Origin: Glycera tridactyla
Lineage: Eukaryota
Assembly (NCBI GenBank): GCA_965644265.1
Contig: OZ286463.1
Coordinates: forward strand, 94,798,001 to 94,862,000
Length of the DNA: 64,000 nt
Direction of reading: 5' to 3'
The stretch's first letter is position 1, and every line of letters starts with the position of its first letter. The notes beneath the pieces were generated by a model, which made no database searches, was not told where the DNA came from, and was given only the letters and a program-made list of their open reading frames with translations. Below, one piece after another: positions 55,583 through 64,000 of this stretch. Made by a program: the position numbers and the translations under genes.

Positions 55583-56420
55583 TTTTTATCCCTCGCCAAA
55601 AGGCGTAGGGATATTAAAATAGTGGCCGTCCGTCAGTCCGTCAGTCTGTCAGTCCGTCAGTCTGTCACACTTTCTTGGCTGTGCAACTCCTCATTCATTT
55701 TACATGCGATTTTCACCAAACTTTCACAGAATGATCATCATAAGGTTATGCAGTGCATATTGTCAGGGTTTCATGATCAGATTATTTTTTGAGAAGTTAT
55801 AGCCCTTTTTTGAATTTTACATATGAATTATTGGCTGCACAACTCCTTCATTTTACATGCTATTTTCACCAAATTTTCACGGAATGATCATCTTAAGGTT
55901 CTGCAGTGCATATCATTAGGGTTTTGTGATTGGATTATTTCTGAAGGAGTTATTGCCTTTTTTTGGATTTTACATGCATTTTTGGGCATATTTTGGCACA
56001 TTCACTATGTCTGTACTGTGAAACAGCCCCCTGAATGAACACACCTCTTTCAGCTTTGCCCTCATTAATAGGTCAGCTTCTCCATAACCAACGTATTCTT
56101 TTGTTCATACAGTGTTTGTGATATGTGAGACCTATACAACTATTCTGAAGCCATTCATTGACCTGCGTCGATTACGTCTGGAGACTCCTCTATTCAAACA
56201 CANNNNNNNNNNNNNNNNNNNNNNNNNNNNNNNNNNNNNNNNNNNNNNNNNNNNNNNNNNNNNNNNNNNNNNNNNNNNNNNNNNNNNNNNNNNNNNNNNN
56301 NNNNNNNNNNNNNNNNNNNNNNNNNNNNNNNNNNNNNNNNNNNNNNNNNNNNNNNNNNNNNNNNNNNNNNNNAAAAAGCACCCATGGCGAGGGATACACT
56401 GTCTGTGACAGCTTCTTGTT
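55583..56420 (+). mobile_element. HINE-like element, family 3 (spans an N gap)
   Basis: 5' TATCCCTCGCC (55587-55597) with inverted GGCGTAGGGATA, a (GTCC/GTCT/GTCA)n tract and ~2 internal units. 3' GGCGAGGGATA (56386-56396), hairpin CTGTC-TGT-GACAG, end CTTGTT. Confidence 0.8.
56203..56372. other. Assembly gap (170 N) inside HINE-like element 3
   Basis: Run of N. Confidence 1.
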
Positions 56421-57016
56421 CAATATCAACTGATCAGGGCCTCTTCTGGCTTGCCAGTGAGAACTGAATGGCCCTTTTTGGTTGCCTAAATGGCCCCATG
56501 ATGTTTCCACACTTCTACTCAAATGGGCCAGTTCAGTTTGCCTCAACTGATACCTAAAAGGGCCTCTTCTGGGCCATTCATGAACCTGAAATGGAGTCAG
56601 ATCAGCCTTAACTGAACCAGAAATGGGCCAGTTCATATCCATTTAGCTTTCCCTGACTGAACCATGAAAGACCCATGAACCCCAATCAGCCTTTCATCAT
56701 AGGTTTGGTTTCACGGGTGGAAAGTCTTACAATGGAACCCTATGATACAAAACAATCTTCAAGCAAGCCCAGTACTAAGCAAAATCCGATCTTGGGTACA
56801 ATTCTGAGTTTATCCAATCAGAATATGAGGACCATATCTGTATAGAGCACCCTCTGGGTCAGGCAACATCCTTTCAAGATATGCACTTCTGTAAAATTGG
56901 TCAGAAGAAAGGTGGGAATATTGAAACAGTGAAATGGTTCTGAAATGGCTTGCCATTTCCATCCACATGGTCATTGCATGAATGGATGTTCAAGAATGAA
57001 TATGTTTGCATTGTAG

Positions 57017-57145
57017 GTACAATATTCCGGTTAAAGGGTGCGATAGTGGCAATGTCTTTCTTGGACTGCAATGGCGTACTAATACCAACCATAACAGATC
57101 AGTGGAAGGATGCGGGTCGGGAAGACCCCAACAAGAAGTACAACA
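57017..57145 (+). CDS. STXBP5: Tomosyn internal exon (phase 1-1): (G)TIFRLKGAIVAMSFLDCNGVLIPTITDQWKDAGREDPNKKYN
   Basis: Acceptor tttgcattgtag|GT and donor AAC A|gtatgt at 57145/57146. Matches GTILRLKGAILRMAFLDTTGCLIPPAYEPW (recalled). The 3' boundary is inferred from the best GT before the stop at 57202. Confidence 0.9.
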
Positions 57146-57230
57146 GTATGTTGACACGTAATTATCCAACACCTTCTAACCATCTCAGTGTCAGGATAGT
57201 GTAGACTTACTAACAATTTTCTTCTCTCAA

Positions 57231-57422
57231 TCTCCTATTTCTAGAGAAATGTGTGTTATCTATTTGACTGACTTTTCCCTTGGTGAGGAATTTTCAGATC
57301 AACATAGCATCCAAAATTGGCCTGTGTCTCCTATTTCTGGAGAAATGTATGTCTATCTATTTGACGGACTTTTCTCTTGGTGAGGAATTTTCAGATCGAC
57401 TTAGCATCCAAAATTGGCATTT
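57231..57422. repeat. Tandem duplication, 2 x 96 bp
   Basis: TCTCCTATTTCT-GAGAAATGT at 57231 and 57327; both copies contain CTTGGTGAGGAATTTTCAGATC...AGCATCCAAAATTGGC. Confidence 0.9.
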
Positions 57423-58059
57423 GCTGTCGATCAGCTGATTTTGGCCATTCATGATAAATCATATTAATATACTTGCATGAACCTTACTTCTTGATCTTTC
57501 AGTCAGCATCCATTTTCGTGTCTTCCTTTTTGAGAAATACATTATATATATATTGAATTTAGTTGACAACCCCATCCTCATCATTTGGAGAAGGCAACAT
57601 CAACCTCCATGCACTTCTTCTACTGGAGAAATTGAAAAGTTGGAGGGTTTATTCAATCCTGAAGCAATCCAAAGCACCTATATCAGTTTTGATTACACAT
57701 TTGCTCTAATTGGCCATCCCCTAGATTCAGTAGAATATATTTGAGCATGCCATTCCTTTGAATGTATCATGAAGAATACCCAGCAAAATAGTGTCGTTGA
57801 CGTACCATACCTCAGTTGATGTATAGAAAACATGAATAGGGCTCTACATCAATTGTCCCCGTGTGAAATCATCAGAACTACATATCCAAAACACTGAGAT
57901 ACATTTGAATCAATTCATATGCTGATCATGATTCATTGTTGACATTGAGAGCAGAGTCGGTCATGCTGCACCTTTCATAAGCCCCCTCCATCGCACCTTC
58001 TCTGCATCATTGCCCACCACCATTCTGTCACTCATCTTTCATCCCATCATATTAAGATA

Positions 58060-58236
58060 CAGTCAAACCTGTCCTAAGCATGCAGCCAAGAGGAGATGCA
58101 AAAGTGCATGATTAGAAGACATGCATGTTCAGAAAAGTTGAATTTAAGTGAAAATACTCTGGCGGGAAGAATACAGCATGGTTGCCTAAGTAAGGTTCTT
58201 GCTTAGAACAGTGCATGTTTAGGGCAGGTTCAACTG
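58060..58236. mobile_element. pogo/Tigger-like (Tc1/mariner superfamily) MITE
   Basis: TA|CAGTCAAACCTGTCCTAAGCA ... TGTTTAGGGCAGGTTCAACTG|TA: imperfect TIRs with a TA target-site duplication. Confidence 0.8.
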
Positions 58237-58839
58237 TACTATAAGAATTTTGTATCTGTCATCTCAAATCTTTTGTATCATTGTTGTTAGGTCATACTTG
58301 TATTCTTCAGTCATAGACGTTTACAATGTGTCCATAGTATCTTGGGTCATGTTACATATTGAAGTTTTTATGCATCTTTCAGAAATTGGCACTGCATGTA
58401 AGTCATTTCATGATCAGTGATCTCTGGGGAAATTAATCTTTTTTGTTCCTAGCCAGATTGTTTTCACGGAAGGACTGATTTCATTGACCTTTGAAAAAGC
58501 TGTGCCCCAGTTTTTGCCAGTGAGAGTTACTTTTCCTTCACTGCAATATTAGTGGGAAGGATATTTTTGGCTTTCTGATCTGAAATGACTTACAGTTTGG
58601 AATTAGGAACATGACACATTTGTTCAAGACCTGATTATCGATTTTTGTTGATATACTTTTGCACTTTCTGTTGGATTTTGCATGTTTGGTGCATGATTTT
58701 ATCTTCACTGATTCTCTGGAAATTTATGTACTTTTACGTTCACATTTGATACAATTCTGAACTATGTTTCTATATGATTTCTTTGGGTATTGAATGTCAC
58801 TGCAGTCACAGCTCAGTCCTTTCAAACTGCTTGAAAATA

Positions 58840-59002
58840 CAGTGGAACCTGCAATAAGAGGCCTCCCTAAATGTCTTTAAAAGAATGTTCTCTCAAAGAG
58901 GTGGTCTCTCTTCAAAGGTATTATTTGACTATGTCATATAGGCAAGCCGCCATGTGGAAGCGGTCTCTGGTCTGAGGTGGTCTCTTGTCACAGGTTTCAC
59001 TG
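58840..59002. mobile_element. pogo/Tigger-like MITE
   Basis: TA|CAGTGGAACCTG ... CAGGTTTCACTG|CA. The internal GAGGTGGTCTCT motifs are shared with the element at 63816. Confidence 0.75.
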
Positions 59003-59474
59003 CAGAGGCCAACATGGATGGATTTACTTGAGATGAATCCGTCCTGTCTTGACAGTGAGGTGGATTTCAACTGCGAGCTTATTATCTACAAAATATCTAA
59101 CAACTTATACGGTTATTTTCCACTTGTGAGCCCAGTTACATGGGAAATTTAGACAGATTGTAAAGCCATGAAGGGTATTTCATTAAGATACTGTCCTCAT
59201 CCTGGCTGTCAGTGCCTAGTGATGAAATGATGTTCATGCGAGTTCTCATTGTCTGTGTTTGAGAGACCCAACTTCCAGGAATCAGAAAGTACTCACTAGT
59301 GAAAGTTGTAGGTTGATTTCCAAATAGTGTAGCACAGTAAATGAGAATATTACGAAACTGATTTTTGGGAGGGGGTTACCAACTTATGGATGAGCTCTGA
59401 TCATATCTGCTCCCAGAAAATGAAAAATCTATTCTTCTAATGACTCTATTTTGCCTGTTGTTCATGGTCATTAG

Positions 59475-59744
59475 CATCTAAAAAACGGTGGCACTCCAGC
59501 ATGGCTGCTATTTCTGAAAAGAAGACCTCCCCTCCCCGAGCTCGCAGAGCAAGTTTCTCTGACGTAGTTGAAGAGGTAATGGTTGCACGTTCACAAGGCC
59601 GCAAGTGGAGAAACCTTGCCCGCTATCATGACTGGCCTAAGCAGATCCGTAAAGCAAAGCCAGTCGTGCGGCGGCGCGACCGGTGGCGCAGTGGGCTGCT
59701 GTGTTGCGGGAGTCGTTATGCAGCGGCCGCGCAGTCGGGGGATG
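59475..59744 (+). CDS. Candidate 270-nt symmetric (phase 1-1) tomosyn exon, Arg/Lys-rich: SKKRWHSSMAAISEKKTSPPRARRASFSDVVEEVMVARSQGRKWRNLARYHDWPKQIRKAKPVVRRRDRWRSGLLCCGSRYAAAAQSGD
   Basis: Consensus donor GAT G|gtaagt at 59744/59745. In-phase acceptor tgttcatggtcattag|CA at 59474/59475. About 20 CpG in 270 nt within a CpG-poor intron; no stop codons. Confidence 0.7.
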
Positions 59745-60149
59745 GTAAGTGGGATGAATGAAGGTGGTTAGGTACTTGGATCTGTCGGGTTGGGTGCACT
59801 TGGACCACGTCTCTCTCAGACTTGTTGCCATGATGGCTCTACACTTGAATAACATACATAAGAAACCCTCTAACATCTGGAGTGAAACACTAACCACTTT
59901 AAAGAAATTCATCTCAAAGTCTCATCAGTTTCTTCTTCAAATAGTACACCTCATGCTATGCTTTAAAGTTTGAGGGTGAGTCCCTTTATCAGGGTGAGAG
60001 ATATTCCTGAAACATTTGTGTGTCTTAATCCACTAGTGAATCTTAATCTTTTGCTGAAATTGTATGAAATTCGACTCATTTACACTAAATCTGAACCTGT
60101 TAGTCAAATTTGACTATTGCTGGATTTTTGTCACCCCAAATTGAGTACA

Positions 60150-61300
60150 TTTCCACAAAGCATCAACCAAGATATTCAGATTTGACCATGAAACTTTCTA
60201 TAAATTCTCCACTGCAAGTCTTTGGTTGTTAGATGAGCAGGAATAAGTAACCGTTATGTTGATGTTTACATTTCTGGGAGGTGATGTGCTGCATTTCCAT
60301 CTTGATAAGTGTCCCAGGAGTTTTGATATTGTGTCAGGTGGAAGTGAGAAATAAAAAGAACAATTTCTGGTGAATTTTGACTTGTTGGACAGGGGTTATT
60401 TTCATAAATACCATGGTATATCTTTGAAATGTGCTGTGGAGGTACATAATCGTCTGGATTGATACCTGCTGTTGAACCACAACCAAAAATAAAATAATCA
60501 GTTAGGTATGAACATATCTTGAACACAGTCCATTTACATTACATATAAACTTCTGGCATGTTCGGAGTGAGCCTCAAAATATTTGCAGACAGTTGAAGCT
60601 AAAGGTAAAATCAAGTACCTCTCTTCCTCCCAGTGAAGTATCTGATTGCATACATCCTTGGTCAAACATGAGAAATGACATTGATATCTGAAAGGGATTT
60701 ATATCTATATCTATTCAATTTATCACATAAAATAATGGAGGGTTATTTTAGACAAATTAAAAAAAGAAGCATTGGTCACTATGCTGTGCCCATTCTGATA
60801 GGAATTTTACCAATAAGTTCTTGCAGATGTGGTTCAAATATCTCTGTACAATAGTCTTCTCAGGTGCTGGCTGGTTTTTGATGGATATTGGAGTCCCATA
60901 TATATTTGTAGCTTTTTGGTTCAGTGGGGCAGTGGCTACCAGGAAGTTCTGGCATCTTGTAATTATCCACTACCTGTATTTCCTTCTGAGTCACCATTTC
61001 TGAATATTGAATCTTTTTTATTCCTTTGAAAAAAAAATGAATGATTGAAATTGAGGCAGTTGGCATTGTAATAACATTCTCATTTCATTGGATTCAGATC
61101 CTTGTTAGGAGTTCATTGCAAATACAAGCAGATAGAGCTCCCACCGGGATGATCTTACCACGGTTGAATAGATAACAAACCGTCTTCAGGATGTTGTTAG
61201 TGGTGACAAAGATTTCTCTCAACAGTACACAGAAACCTTGGTAAAGGTGCACAGGACCAGATGTCAGAATGGAATGGGCTGCCATTTTTTGGTAAAATGT
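60150..61300 (-). mobile_element. Decayed non-LTR retrotransposon (I/Nimb-like) reverse-transcriptase remnant
   Basis: Ordered frame-broken motifs on the minus strand: ALSACICNELLTRI (cf. IALTSCICK.MER), IPIRMGTAYSD (cf. F.VRVG..YSD), and KLLG...W..HI....KC. Confidence 0.5.
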
Positions 61301-62656
61301 ATATAGTCACCAAGTGTCAGGTGCTTAGACGGTCATGGTTTTGAAGATGGTCATTATATCGTCCTTTGGGTTCCTTCCACTCAGGTTTTGGTGAAAACAT
61401 GTATGCCATTCTTGTCCATCGCCGGAGGGGAGAGCTTCTCTCTATTCTGCAATCTACTGCAAACAACCAGTTGGTGATGGAATTTGGATAGCTATCAGTT
61501 GGATAATGATTCTGCCCAATGCTTCTCCAGTGTAAGTTCGGTGCTTTACTGCAGATTGTCTGGTTCTCAGAACTTGGTTATCACCAAAGTGTGTGTGTAT
61601 TCAAATTAGTGAAGAGCTGATTTCATGATCATGAGTAAGGAGCAATATTCAGTACCTGCTGCAGTCAGCTGTTGTGTTTATTATGTGCAATCCACCAAGT
61701 CCTCACATCAGAATGAAGTTCAGGTATGCATTTTGAAGGAAAAGAGAATATGTGGAGAAATTTGTTTGTTATGGTATGATAGCAGTTTTGTCCTATACAG
61801 TCGCCATATTCACGTCCATGATAAGGTATCATTAGAGGATTGGACCAGGGGTCTTTCAGCATATCCTGTTTAGATGTCTGAGCATAATCTCAGATATTTG
61901 TGTTGCAGATGATATGATCAGATCTCATCCTAGGTGTCCAGTATATTGGGTATCAGTACCTTTATTGGGAATCAATGAAAAATTAATCATGTCAAGTGAT
62001 TGCTGCTTTTATTCAATTTTCAGTCAACCCTTGAAAAAGGCAGAATTGTTGAAATGGAACATGGTGACTGGCATAGCTTTAGAAGTGGGACAGATGTTCA
62101 TCTGTAATGAGTCACAAGATACGGGAAGGAGAAAGATTGACAAACTTGTCTTGGGATAATGATGACTGAGACATGTTTGTTTGAGGAAAACACGATTCAT
62201 GTTGAGTTTTGTCTTGCTGAAAATGCAATACAAAAAAATCATTCCGATAATGTAACTTTGATTCAGTTTGATCTAAACACAATTCGATCAGTTTAAGTTG
62301 ATAATAAGGCAACAGACTCATCTTTATATATAGACATATTTTGGTAGGTGATCATGAAATTGGTGTTCTTGCTCTCACATGGTAAGGACTTCCCTTTCCA
62401 AGTGAATATTAAAAACTTCTATTACTAGGAAAGGATAGTCAATTCTACAAGCTGCATTGACATCACACAAGTATGCCCAAAATTCTCCTAAATAGTTATG
62501 AATCATTTTGAGGGATTATGAATCACAGACTTATCTGTTATGCTTTAATTCTTGTAAGCTTCTAAGTTTTCTCATGATCTAAATACAGATCTTTGTTCAA
62601 CAGATTTGCATGTTTTTGGTTATCTTACCTCCTTTTTGAATTTTTCCTATTGACAG

Positions 62657-62779
62657 CTGCGCGAAAATACATGCATTTCTTAGTTGATGAAGCGACGGCC
62701 ATGTTCAAACATGGTCATCATCACCACCATCAGCAGCAGGCAGCGGGAGATGGTGCTGACCAAACTGCAGGACACTGTG
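62657..62779 (+). CDS. Candidate 123-nt symmetric (phase 1-1) tomosyn exon: ARKYMHFLVDEATAMFKHGHHHHHQQQAAGDGADQTAGHC
   Basis: Strong acceptor tttttcctattgacag|CT and donor TGT G|gtgaga. Length divisible by 3, CpG-retaining, and in the same phase as the upstream exons. Confidence 0.7.
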
Positions 62780-63815
62780 GTGAGATGCTAAACGATGGTG
62801 GAAGATAAATGTACCTATAAATAGTGGTGGAACCATAACCTGATTAAATCTGTGATCAGTTGAAATAACTGCCAACTCTGATGATTTATTTAAAATGCCT
62901 GGAATCTATTATTGTTCATTTTGGAGAAGTCGATGAAAATATCATCAGATTCTGTTCAGGACTTAATATTATTAATTCTTCAGAGCATACTGATGGGTTT
63001 GGACTGATCATTTCCCTGTATTCTTCATTTTGAATGTACCATGGCAGACCACTAGGCATCAAAACATCCAATACATGTATGTCAAATTTCTGAAGATCAA
63101 GATGAAACTAGTCAAGATGATTTTAGTTGATCATCGGTTAGTTTTGTGCAATAGTGATCACTTGTGAAAATCTGACCAACTTCCACTTCTACCAAATCCC
63201 TGGTGGACTGGTTTAATTGGTTGTTTGAATTCAGGCATTTCTTTGCTATGGCAGCGCTGTTGTCAGAAGAAAGTATGGCCCCGAGATGTGACCACATCTA
63301 TGAAATGGCTCAAGTCTGGTCACCCTGTGGAGCATTCTTTTCTTTTGTTACTGTCATCATCTTTATTTGAATGAGATCACCTTTATTTGAGTGAGCTGCT
63401 TCACTGCAGCCTTGATTCTGATAAGTTTTCCCACCCTAGACTCCTTGGAACAGCTTGTAAGCAAGAAGTTGTCATTATGTTCATCCTGAGAGACCGGATT
63501 CTCATCACCTCCCCCCCCCCCCCCCCCCCCACTCTTCTGTATTATGCGATGTGGGACCATGGTATGGGATATGATTCAAATGAAACAAATCCTGCTTCCT
63601 AGAAATTCGTGCCTCATCAAGAATTACGTCTGATGAAAAACATTTGGAGTTCTCAATTCATTGAAATTTGTACAGTCACTATATTTATGATAGAACTGCT
63701 TCTCAGTCATCAGGCAAGCTCTGGTACACATGGATATCATATTATGAGCATGTAAATTAATATATTGGAAGTTGATCACACTTAAATCATTCCATCATAT
63801 CTACTCTTTTAAATA

Positions 63816-64000
63816 CTGTGAAACCTGCGACGAGAGACCGCCCCAAATGTCACCAAAAAGCGGTCTCTCAGAAGAGGTGGTCTCTTGTCGGAGGTATACA
63901 GTCGAACCTGCTCTAAAGACCACCTCTCTATAAAGACCACCTGTCTATAAAGACCACTCTGAGCTGCGACCATGATAGTATTTTCAACAGTAAATGTCCT
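63816..64000. mobile_element. Two pogo/Tigger-like MITE ends, apparently nested (second starts at 63899); truncated by the window end
   Basis: TA|CTGTGAAACCTG at 63816, then TA|CAGTCGAACCTG at 63899 followed by three TAAAGACCAC repeats. Confidence 0.7.

Overview
AT-rich, CpG-poor eukaryotic DNA with two N gaps. The repeat types suggest a lophotrochozoan, probably a mollusc (inference). The window lies inside one + strand gene, tomosyn (syntaxin-binding protein 5, STXBP5/STXBP5L family); neither the start nor the stop codon is present. Four exons are recognisable by similarity to vertebrate tomosyn as I recall it: 5908-6038, 54278-54394, 55248-55370 and 57017-57145. The most interesting signal is the splicing architecture. 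The ~48 kb between the first two conserved exons must bridge phase 0 to phase 1. It holds two different phase 0->1 exons (1084 nt at 29075-30158; ~82-145 nt from 30750) that are mutually exclusive by reading frame, plus a candidate 72-nt cassette. A second loop after 57145 carries at least two symmetric phase 1-1 candidate cassette exons: one Arg-rich with RRAS and CC motifs, one His/Gln-rich. The introns contain three complete Helentron-associated (HINE-like) elements, TA-flanked pogo/Tigger-like MITEs, SINE-like 3' fragments, decayed LINE/LTR remnants, a 46-bp minisatellite, tandem duplications and microsatellites. All exon models are predicted from sequence alone and need transcript evidence. 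I found no prokaryotic-type system, CRISPR array or structural RNA gene.
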